Source: Candidatus Latescibacterota bacterium (GTDB lineage: Bacteria > Latescibacterota > UBA2968 > GCA-2709665). Taken from it: a stretch of 64,000 nt of DNA. The DNA lies in the NCBI GenBank assembly GCA_965205485.1, contig OZ242180.1:3904001-3968000 (forward strand), given 5' to 3'. A program made the position numbers and the translations under genes. Positions 29,806 through 38,025 of this stretch are shown one piece after another (positions within the stretch are counted from its first letter, which is position 1; each line of letters opens with the position of its first letter). The notes beneath the pieces are model-generated. The model was not told where the DNA came from. It searched no databases and worked only from the letters and a program-made list of their open reading frames with translations.

Positions 29806-30711
29806 ATGCACGATCGATTCCAGCCGACGACGGCCATGCCCGATGATTTCGATGCCTACTGGCGTCGCACGATGGAAGCGCTGGACGCCACCCCGATGGC
29901 GCCCGAAGCGGATATCATGCCCATTCGGTGTACCGATTTCTCCACGACTTACGGGGTGCGCTTCACGAGCATCGGGCCGTACCGGCTGTTCGGCTATCTG
30001 AGCATTCCCCACGGGGACGGTCCATTCCCAACACTGGTTTATTTCACGCGCCTTCAGAGCGTGGTGGAGCCGCTTCCGCAGGGCGACGCAATCGAGAAAC
30101 TGGGGCGGTTCCTCGTATTTTCGATGGCGGCCAGGGGACAGCGCAATGCCGACAAGCCGTATGCGGCTTCATTCCCCGGTCTGTTCGTGGACGGAATCGA
30201 AGACCCTGACGCTTACGTCCTGCGGGGGATCGTGGCCGATTGCTGCCGGGCGATGGACTATGTGCTTACCCGCCCGGAAGCGGACCGGAGCCGGATCGTG
30301 GGGATCGGGCAGAACGAGATGCCGCTGCTGACCGAGGCGTTGCGCGGTGGAATGACGCACCTTGTCGCTTCTCCGTCCTTCTTCTACTGCACCATGGACC
30401 GGGCGGAGGGCACGGGGAGCTATCCGCTGGAGGAGGTCAACGAGTACTTGCGCCAATTCCCTGACCGGCGCGACCGGGTCGCGCGCACGGTTTCCTATTT
30501 CGACTCCATGTTTTTTGCGTCGCGGATCACGACGCCGACCCTGTTGTGGGGCAGCCGGCAACTGCTCGGGGCGATGGCTGACGCCATGCCGGGCGCCGCG
30601 GAGATCCGTACCTCGGAACATTCCCGCTACAAGGACGGAGTCTTTCAGGAGCGATGGATCGCCCGAAATCTGGGACTGAAGGACGTCATTCTGCCCGCCC
30701 ACTGGCAGTAG
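29806..30711 (+). CDS. CE7 esterase paralog lacking the catalytic serine
   Basis: PDDFDAYW, RGQR, YPLEE, SYFD conserved; GIGQNE replaces GxSQGG. Confidence 0.75.
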   Translation: MHDRFQPTTAMPDDFDAYWRRTMEALDATPMAPEADIMPIRCTDFSTTYGVRFTSIGPYRLFGYLSIPHGDGPFPTLVYFTRLQSVVEPLPQGDAIEKLGRFLVFSMAARGQRNADKPYAASFPGLFVDGIEDPDAYVLRGIVADCCRAMDYVLTRPEADRSRIVGIGQNEMPLLTEALRGGMTHLVASPSFFYCTMDRAEGTGSYPLEEVNEYLRQFPDRRDRVARTVSYFDSMFFASRITTPTLLWGSRQLLGAMADAMPGAAEIRTSEHSRYKDGVFQERWIARNLGLKDVILPAHWQ

Positions 30712-30780
30712 GGCGTTGGCCCGCACCGGGAAGGCGGACGCGGGTTTCGGAATTCACGAGGTCTGCCGGGGAACGGAACG

Positions 30781-31971
30781 ATGGATATCGGCAGGATCAG
30801 GTCGGACTTTCCGGCGTTGGAAAATTTCGTATGGTTTCAGAACGGTGGCGTGAGCATTACCCCGGCGCCCGTGGCTGAAGCGCATATCGGACTGATGCGT
30901 GAACTTTGGGAACGCGGTCCAATGCACATAGCCTTTCCGGACGAGGAATTTCCCCGTCGTGAGCGGACCAGGGCGCAGCTGGCGGCATTCTTCGGCGTTG
31001 CGCCCGGCGACCTGGCCTTGATGCGCGGCGTGAGCGAAGCGTTCCAGACCGTCATACGCGGCCTGGACTGGCGTCCCGGTGACCGCATCCTGATCTCGGA
31101 AGAAGAAGAGGTGGCGCTGCTGGTGCCGTGCCTGCATTTGCGCGACCTGTACGGCGTTGTGGTGGACAAGGTACCTCTGGTGGACGATCAGGACGAGCAG
31201 GTCGAGGCGGTCGTCGCGCGTATCACTGAGCGCACTCGTCTCGTCAGCCTCAGCCATGTCATTTCCGAAACCGGGTACCGTCTGCCCGCCGAACGGATTT
31301 GTGCCGCCGCAAGGGAGCGCGGCGTTATCAGTTTTCTGGACATGGCGCATTCCGCAGGATTGTACCCGATCGATCTGAACGGACTGGGCTGCGATTTCGC
31401 CGGAATTCTCTCCTACAAGTGGATGTATTCGCCTTACGCCGCCGGGGCCCTTTACGCGAGAAAGGGCAGCCGGGATCAGATCCGCGTTACCTATGCCGGC
31501 GGGCGCGCGCAGGCGTGGGTGGACTTCCGGGAAGATCGATTCGCACTCAAGGAAAGTACGGAGCGGTTTGAGTTCGGACCATGGTCATGGCCGCTGGTTC
31601 ACGCGTGGGCCGTTGCGGTGGAATACCTTACGGGCATCGGACTCGAGGCGGTCTGGGCGCGTACCGCCACGCTGACGACCCGTTTGAAGCAGGGGCTGAA
31701 CGAGATTCAGGGCGTCAGGCTGTTTACGCCTGTGTCTCCAGGACAGTCTGCCGCCCTGGTCGCATTCAACCTGGATGGATGGCAGCCCCCGGACGTGAGG
31801 GATGCACTCAGGAGACGCTGGCGAATTGTCGTCAAGGCGTTTGACACAACGCGGCGCGGCCTGCGCGCCAGCGTGCCCTTCTTCCTCCTGGAAGAGGAGA
31901 TCGACCTGCTGCTGAGTTCGCTGGCCGTATTGGCCTCAGAGGGTCCGGGGCCATCCGCAAAGAGCGGGTAG
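30781..31971 (+). CDS. class V PLP-dependent enzyme
   Basis: IRSDFPAL, TRLVSLSHV, DMAHSAG, SYKW (PLP Lys), RFEFG, LRAS. Confidence 0.88.
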   Translation: MDIGRIRSDFPALENFVWFQNGGVSITPAPVAEAHIGLMRELWERGPMHIAFPDEEFPRRERTRAQLAAFFGVAPGDLALMRGVSEAFQTVIRGLDWRPGDRILISEEEEVALLVPCLHLRDLYGVVVDKVPLVDDQDEQVEAVVARITERTRLVSLSHVISETGYRLPAERICAAARERGVISFLDMAHSAGLYPIDLNGLGCDFAGILSYKWMYSPYAAGALYARKGSRDQIRVTYAGGRAQAWVDFREDRFALKESTERFEFGPWSWPLVHAWAVAVEYLTGIGLEAVWARTATLTTRLKQGLNEIQGVRLFTPVSPGQSAALVAFNLDGWQPPDVRDALRRRWRIVVKAFDTTRRGLRASVPFFLLEEEIDLLLSSLAVLASEGPGPSAKSG

Positions 31972-32053
31972 GCGCCCCCGCACATTCACCGCGCGCTTGT
32001 CTGCGCCTTGCCGCGCCCGTGTCGTAGGAACAGGAAACACTGGAGGGTTTGAA

Positions 32054-33019
32054 ATGGAAGAGGGCACTGTCAGGATGGTGGTCCCGGGAGACGATCCCGT
32101 GATGATCGCCGGTTCCGGGCATCTGGACCGCCTCGCGCCATACGGACAGGTGATTCTGTACGACTCGAGGCCGGAGTCGACCGCCGAGAAAGTCCAGCGC
32201 GCGCAGGGTGCGGGCGTCATCATAAACACGCGAGGGGTCGTTTCCTGGGGGCGGGAGGAATTCGAACGGCTGCCCGGTCTGCGGATGATAACGAGTTGCT
32301 CGATCGGCACCGACATGTTCGACCTGGAAGCCGCCCGCGAGCACGGGATTGTGATCTGCAACCAGCCGGGACGGACGGCGCCGGTGGTGGCCGAGCACAT
32401 GTTCGGACTGATGTTCGCCGCGGCGAAACGCGCGGCGTTCTTCACGAAGCGCATGCAGGCGGGCGAGTGGCCCAGGATTGATGGCATCTACCTGCAGGGC
32501 AAGGTACTGGGCATTGTGGGCGCAGGGAATAGCGGGGCCGAGATGGCCAGGCTCGGTCGCGCCATCGGGATGGAAGTCATTGCGTGGACGTTCCACCCGT
32601 CTCCGGAACGGGCCGAAAGGCTGGGCGTGCGTTTCGTAGCGCTGGATGAGTTGCTTTCGCAGGCCGACGTCGTCAGCATGCACGTCGCGCTGACTGAAGA
32701 CAGTCGCGGTATGATCGGCTCGCGGGAATTCGGTCTGATGAAAGACGGCGCCATTCTGGTGAACGGCGCGCGGGGACCGGTGGTCGATACGGACGCGCTC
32801 GTTGCCGCGCTCCGCTCCGGGCGTCTGGCTGGAGCAGCCATCGACGTGTACGACGAAGAGCCGGTGCCGCCGTCTCATCCGCTGCTGTCCTGCGAGCAAG
32901 TGGTGTTGACGCCTCACTGCGCCGATATGACCCCGGAAGGGGTCGACCTGCTGAACGGCGGCGCCGTGGAAAATGTCATTGCATTTCTGGAGGGTCGCCC
33001 GCGCAACCGGGTGACATAG
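32054..33019 (+). CDS. D-isomer-specific 2-hydroxyacid dehydrogenase
   Basis: VAEH, GIVGAGNSG, MKDGAILVNGARG.VVD, AAIDVY..EP, LTPH. Confidence 0.92.
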   Translation: MEEGTVRMVVPGDDPVMIAGSGHLDRLAPYGQVILYDSRPESTAEKVQRAQGAGVIINTRGVVSWGREEFERLPGLRMITSCSIGTDMFDLEAAREHGIVICNQPGRTAPVVAEHMFGLMFAAAKRAAFFTKRMQAGEWPRIDGIYLQGKVLGIVGAGNSGAEMARLGRAIGMEVIAWTFHPSPERAERLGVRFVALDELLSQADVVSMHVALTEDSRGMIGSREFGLMKDGAILVNGARGPVVDTDALVAALRSGRLAGAAIDVYDEEPVPPSHPLLSCEQVVLTPHCADMTPEGVDLLNGGAVENVIAFLEGRPRNRVT

Positions 33020-33039
33020 ACTCGAAGGAAACCAACGGC

Positions 33040-35556
33040 ATGGGGGAATCCGGTATGGATGCGTACGAACCGCTGAATCTGTCCGGCATCTGCAACGCCG
33101 GACCGGAGCATCTCGGCGAGGGATCGGATGTCTCTGCGGGTGTCCGGCACTACCAGGGGCTGCCGTTTCTGATTGGTCGCGCCGACACGGAAGCAGGGCC
33201 GTGTCTGCTGGGTTTCGGCGAGGGATTTGAGGATCACCCGACCTCCATTCCGGTTGAAAAGACGTCGCGGCGCGTCATCGTGGCGCACCGGCTGCTCGAT
33301 TCGCGGATTCCGGACAATGGTCCGATCGGCGAACGCGTCGCTGAATACCGATTCCATCTGAAAGGCGGCGTCGTTGTTCCAGTTCCCATCCGGGACCGGT
33401 TCGAGATCGGCGCCGTTCCGGCGACGGCAGGGCTACCGTTCGTGGCGGTCCAGGACCGGACCGACGGCATGCTCCCACGCCACGAGGGACGGTGGGGAGA
33501 CGCCGGACGCCGGCAGACCGAGGCGTTCCAGGGGAGATCGCGGGACTTTGCGCTCTGGGTCTGGGAGAATCCGCACCCGAATCGAGTCATCGAACGGCTC
33601 GAGGTGATCCCGGCGGGTCCCAGGTTCGTCATCGGCGGCGTCACGCTGGGCCACGCCGACGAGCATCCGTTTTCGCGGGAGGCGCCGAGGGAGGTGCTGA
33701 TTACGCTGCCGGAGCGCGAGGACGCCGAAAAGCCGTTCGACCTGGACGTAAAGGTGGACCGGGGCATTGCCACGTACCCCTTTCCGCTGCCGGCGCAGTC
33801 GTCGGAAGCGTTCCTGAGGGACAGCAGGAAGGGCTGGGGGGAACCACAGAATCCGTCGAGCAGTCCCGCCTACGTGGAGGTGGCCGCGATTCCCTCGGCA
33901 ACGGTGACGGTGACGCAGGGCTCCGAGACCCTCGGCGCCGTCCGTTGGGGAGAGTTGGAAGAGCAGGGAAGCCTCGAGACCCGGGCATTGAAGGTCGAAG
34001 TCGTGAACCGCGGCCGCAACTGGGTGCACACCCGTGTGGTGGACGACGAGACGGGGCAACCCGTACCGTGCCGGGTGCACTTCCGGTCGCCCGAGGGGAT
34101 ACCCTACGCGCCACACGGTCACCATCCGCACGTGAATTCCAACCAGGACACCTGGCATATCGACGTGGGCGGCGACGTCCGGCTGGGTCAGATAACGTAC
34201 GCGTACACGGACGGCACCTGTCAGGGCTGGCTGCCGCGGGGCAAGGTCATCGTCGACGTGGCGCGGGGATTCGAATACGAACCGTTACGCGCCGCGGTGG
34301 AGATCAGACCCGGGCAACGGGAACTGGAACTGCGGCTGAAACGCTGGTGCCGCATGAATGAGGCGAGGTGGTTCAGCGGGGATTCGCACGTGCACTTTCT
34401 CTCCACGCAGGGAAGCCACACCGAGGCCCAGGGAGAGGATCTCAATGTTGTCAATCTGCTGCCTTCGCAGTGGGGCAACCTCTTTACGAGCACCGAGGAG
34501 TTTACCGGCAGGGCGAGCGTGTCGCCGGACGGGAGCAGCATTGTCTACGTCGGTTCCGAAAACAGGCAGCATTTTCTGGGGCACCTGATTCTGCTCGGTC
34601 TGAAAGAGACCGTGATGCCCTGGTGTTCCGACGGACCGGGAGAAGCGGAGATGGGCGGGACCCTCGAAGTGACGATGTCGGATTGGGCGGACCGGTGTCA
34701 CGCACAGGGCGGAACCGTCGTCATTCCCCATCTGCCCAATCCCAACGGCGAACCCGCGGCGCTCATCGCCACGGGGCGGGCCGACGCGGTTGAGATGCTC
34801 AGGCATACCGCGTACAATCATCACGAATACTATCGTTATCTCAACAGCGGGTACAGGCTGCCGCTAGTGGGCGGCACCGACAAGATGAGCAGCGACGTGC
34901 CGGTGGGCATTTACAGGACGTATGTGAGAATTCCCGAAGACGAGCCGTTCAACTACGAAGCCTGGTGCAGGAACATGGCCGCCGGACGGACCTTTCACAG
35001 CGGGGGTCCGATCATCCGGTTCACGGTGGACGGCCACGAAATCGGCGACACGATCGGACTCCCGGGTAACGGGGGTACGGTCGAAGCCGTTGCGGAGGCC
35101 GAAAGCGTACTGCCCATCCATACGCTTCAGATCGTACAGAACGGGCGGGTCGTTGCTTCGACGGAAGAGTCCGGGGGCACGCGAAAGCTGCGTCTGAAAG
35201 CGGATATCGACGTGGGCGCGCACTCGTGGCTGGCAGCGCGCTGCGGGGGACCGGGTTACTACGAGGCGGTACCGCACCTGGACGGCTGGGGTCGCGGGAT
35301 CATGGCGCATACCTCCCCGGTCTACATTGCCTGCGGCGGCGAATGGTGGATGTTCGATTCTGACACGGCGAGGTATATGTTGACGCTGGTGGACGGCTGT
35401 CTATCGTACATGCAGCTCAACAGTCGGCAGCACAGGCCGGGAGAGGTCACCCACCACCACGGGGAGGAGGACCACATGGCATACCTTGAACGGCCGTTTC
35501 GGGAGGCGAGGGAGGCCATCCATCGCAGGATGCACCGGCACGGGGTCCCCCACTGA
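33040..35556 (+). CDS. CehA/McbA-family PHP-fold metallohydrolase (paralog 1)
   Basis: RGFEYEP, WFSGDSHVH, ENRQH, PH, GGTD, beta-sandwich C-terminus, AHTSPVY. Confidence 0.75.
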   Translation: MGESGMDAYEPLNLSGICNAGPEHLGEGSDVSAGVRHYQGLPFLIGRADTEAGPCLLGFGEGFEDHPTSIPVEKTSRRVIVAHRLLDSRIPDNGPIGERVAEYRFHLKGGVVVPVPIRDRFEIGAVPATAGLPFVAVQDRTDGMLPRHEGRWGDAGRRQTEAFQGRSRDFALWVWENPHPNRVIERLEVIPAGPRFVIGGVTLGHADEHPFSREAPREVLITLPEREDAEKPFDLDVKVDRGIATYPFPLPAQSSEAFLRDSRKGWGEPQNPSSSPAYVEVAAIPSATVTVTQGSETLGAVRWGELEEQGSLETRALKVEVVNRGRNWVHTRVVDDETGQPVPCRVHFRSPEGIPYAPHGHHPHVNSNQDTWHIDVGGDVRLGQITYAYTDGTCQGWLPRGKVIVDVARGFEYEPLRAAVEIRPGQRELELRLKRWCRMNEARWFSGDSHVHFLSTQGSHTEAQGEDLNVVNLLPSQWGNLFTSTEEFTGRASVSPDGSSIVYVGSENRQHFLGHLILLGLKETVMPWCSDGPGEAEMGGTLEVTMSDWADRCHAQGGTVVIPHLPNPNGEPAALIATGRADAVEMLRHTAYNHHEYYRYLNSGYRLPLVGGTDKMSSDVPVGIYRTYVRIPEDEPFNYEAWCRNMAAGRTFHSGGPIIRFTVDGHEIGDTIGLPGNGGTVEAVAEAESVLPIHTLQIVQNGRVVASTEESGGTRKLRLKADIDVGAHSWLAARCGGPGYYEAVPHLDGWGRGIMAHTSPVYIACGGEWWMFDSDTARYMLTLVDGCLSYMQLNSRQHRPGEVTHHHGEEDHMAYLERPFREAREAIHRRMHRHGVPH

Positions 35557-35597
35557 CAGACGGTCCGGGACCGTCGGCAGGGCGTCGCGAAAAGGCG

Positions 35598-36680
35598 CTA
35601 TTTAGCCTGCAGATATCCTTCTGCCGCAAGCAGTTCAGCCATGAGAATGGCGCCGCCCGCCGCACCCCGAACGGTGTTGTGGCTCAGTGCGATGAATCTG
35701 TAATCGAAAAGGTTGTCGTCCCGCAGCCTGCCGAGCGTAACGCCCATGCCGTTCCCCGCGTCCCGGTCCAACCGGGTCTGGGGCCTGTCTTCTTCATCGA
35801 AATAGGTCAGGAACGGTTTTGGCGAAGAGGGCAGCGCGGCCGCCTTCGGGTCCCCCTGAAAGTTCCGCCAGGAATCGATGACCTGCTCCCGGGAGGGCTT
35901 CCGTTCGAACGACACCGACGTGGCGGCCATGTGTCCGTCGCTGACGGGTACGCGGATGCACTGTGCTGAAATTGCCGGGCCGCTGGCGTTCCGGATTTCA
36001 CCGTCGTGGATCTCACCCCAGATTTTCAGCGGTTCCATCGCGCTCTTTTCCTCTTCTCCTCCGATGAAGGGGATGATATTGTCCTCCATTTCCGGCCACG
36101 ACTGAAAGGTCTTTCCGGCGCCGGAAATGGCCTGGTAGGTGCATACGGATGCGCTATGGGGTCCGAATTCCGCAAGCGCCTCGAAAGCGGGAACGTAGGG
36201 CTGTATCGAGCAGTTGGGCTTGACGGCGACGAAGCCCGAACGCGTGCCCAGGCGTTTCCGCTGCGCCTCGATGACGGCCACGTGTTCCGCGTTGATCTCG
36301 GGCATGAGCATCGGCACGTCGGGCGTCCACCGGTGGGCGGAGTTGTTGGACGCCACGGGCGTTTCCCGTCTGGCATAGGCGTCCTCGAGATTGCGGATGT
36401 CCTCCTTTTCCATATCCAGCGCCGAACAGACGAAATCGGCCTCGCCGGCAATCGCGTCGATTTCGTTGACGTTCCTGACCGTCAGATCGGCGATGCCGGA
36501 CGGGATGTCCGATTCAAGGGTCCAGCGGCCGGCGACCGCTTCGGCGTACGACTTCCCCGCGGACCGCGGGCTGGCCGCCACCGCCGAGACTACGAACCAG
36601 GGATGGTCTTCCAGGAGTGAAACGAAGCGCTGACCGACCATGCCGGTCGCGCCCAGAACGCCTGCTTTGAGCTTTCTCAT
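35598..36680 (-). CDS. asd: aspartate-semialdehyde dehydrogenase
   Basis: GVLGATGMVGQRF, SNNSAHR, KPNCS, QAISGAG, GEEEK, RVPVSDGH, HNTVRGAAG. Confidence 0.96.
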   Translation of the reverse strand: MRKLKAGVLGATGMVGQRFVSLLEDHPWFVVSAVAASPRSAGKSYAEAVAGRWTLESDIPSGIADLTVRNVNEIDAIAGEADFVCSALDMEKEDIRNLEDAYARRETPVASNNSAHRWTPDVPMLMPEINAEHVAVIEAQRKRLGTRSGFVAVKPNCSIQPYVPAFEALAEFGPHSASVCTYQAISGAGKTFQSWPEMEDNIIPFIGGEEEKSAMEPLKIWGEIHDGEIRNASGPAISAQCIRVPVSDGHMAATSVSFERKPSREQVIDSWRNFQGDPKAAALPSSPKPFLTYFDEEDRPQTRLDRDAGNGMGVTLGRLRDDNLFDYRFIALSHNTVRGAAGGAILMAELLAAEGYLQAK

Positions 36681-36715
36681 TTCCGTTCCTTCTTGGAGTG
36701 AGGGTTGTCGGTGGC

Positions 36716-36760
36716 ACAAAAACAGCCGGCATGTCCAGAGGTAGAGACATCGCCGGCTAC
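36716..36760 (-). terminator. attenuator terminator of the lysine riboswitch
   Basis: minus-strand AGCCGGCGATGTC-loop-GACATGCCGGCT followed by GTTTTT, between aptamer and asd. Confidence 0.8.
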
Positions 36761-36779
36761 GACCGATCCGGGCCACGTC

Positions 36780-36962
36780 GCAAGAGAGCGCTCCACGGGA
36801 CGCTGTTTCCCGTGACAGTCCACTGGATCTTATCCAGCGGCCCAGCCCGTTCATCCCGGCGGCGGGAGTTTCGGGCTTCGGCAGGTTTGCCCTTTCGACC
36901 GGCAGTTGTGGGTCCGCCGTCCACTGCCGGCTACTGATGCAAACCCGCGCCTCTACCCTTGC
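36780..36962 (-). ncRNA. lysine riboswitch (L-box)
   Basis: minus strand has GGTAGAGGCGC..ATCAGTA..GAAAGGG..TGCCGAA..GGACTGTC..GGAGCGCT in order; lies upstream of asd. Confidence 0.92.
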
Positions 36963-36971
36963 AGCGGTAGG

Positions 36972-36999
36972 AAAATATACAAACGCGGATTTTTGTCAA
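36972..36999 (-). promoter_or_regulatory. putative sigma70 promoter for riboswitch-asd
   Basis: TTGACA-16 nt-TATTTT just upstream of the aptamer. Confidence 0.55.
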
Positions 37000-37175
37000 G
37001 AAAAAGTGTCGTGAAGTCCCCGGCAATCGGGTTCGGTCATGCGGAAGCGGCTGTTGAAGTCGCGATGCCGGAACTTCGGCGCCGCCCCCGCTCGCGTCTG
37101 GTCCGCAGCGCGGATTTTCTCAATAAGTCTTAATTTAATAACGATTTATTGTGTTCTATGTACGTGGGCAATGTG

Positions 37176-37922
37176 TCAGAGCGCCAGCAGCCGTGCGATG
37201 TTTCCGCCGAGAATGGCGGTTAGATCGGGTCCCGGGAGTCCGGAGGCCCGGACCTTTGCGAGATCGGTCGTAATGTAGGTTGCCAGGTCGGGCGTGGGAT
37301 AGGGCCCGTCGGTACCCCAGATGATGCGTTCCGGCCCCAGCCGTTCAAGGGCCTCGCGGATTTTCCATATCAGTACGACGCCGCTGATGTCCATGTAAAC
37401 GTTCCCGTATGTTTCGGCGAGCCCCAGAAACCGATCGATGAGTCCACGGTCCGTACACAGGTACCGGCCCATGTGGGCGACGATGATCGGGGTGTCGGTA
37501 AAGGCGCGGGCCATGCGCTCGAGGTCGGCGTGCCGTCCGATGAAGTCGATGAGACATGGAACGCCGTGTCTGCCGGCCAGTTCGAGTACGGGGTCTGTCA
37601 CGTATTCCGCGAGGGTGCATTCCCCGGCGTGTATCTTGATGCCCTTGAAGTCCATGACGGTGATGGCTTTTTCGATGCATCCGATGATGGACCGTTCCGC
37701 GTTGGGCAGCGCGTAGGCGTACGGGATCAGGCGGTCCGGATACAACTCGTGCGCGGTCCGGGCCCGCGAGATGGCGTCGAACGCGGTGGTGCAGATGGCG
37801 AAGACCACGGACTTGTCCACGCCGGCGCGGTCCATGGATTCAACGATCTGGCGGGCGGTGTATTCCGTACGCTCTGCGTTGCCGTGCCTGAGGTGCACAT
37901 GGCTGTCGATAATCATTGACAT
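37176..37922 (-). CDS. amidohydrolase family protein (Amidohydro_2)
   Basis: IIDSHVH, GIKIH, IVAHMG, NVYMD.S, ERIIWGTDGP. Confidence 0.88.
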   Translation of the reverse strand: MSMIIDSHVHLRHGNAERTEYTARQIVESMDRAGVDKSVVFAICTTAFDAISRARTAHELYPDRLIPYAYALPNAERSIIGCIEKAITVMDFKGIKIHAGECTLAEYVTDPVLELAGRHGVPCLIDFIGRHADLERMARAFTDTPIIVAHMGRYLCTDRGLIDRFLGLAETYGNVYMDISGVVLIWKIREALERLGPERIIWGTDGPYPTPDLATYITTDLAKVRASGLPGPDLTAILGGNIARLLAL

Positions 37923-38025
37923 TGCTCCTGTTCAACGCGGGGTCGGTTGGTTTCCGCCCGCCTATGACCTGATAACCGCCTGAGAGTACGGAGAAAGCGC
38001 CCGGCCGTCAATCGATTTCAGACAG

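Noticed and set aside
28819..31971. beta-lactam pathway suggested by family labels (cephalosporin deacetylase, CefD-like)
   Set aside because: Family-level names only; no ACV synthetase, IPNS or expandase in the window
37115..37155. AT-rich near-palindrome TAAGTCTTAATTTAATAACGATTTA
   Set aside because: Might be an IHF-like site, but the match is too loose to call
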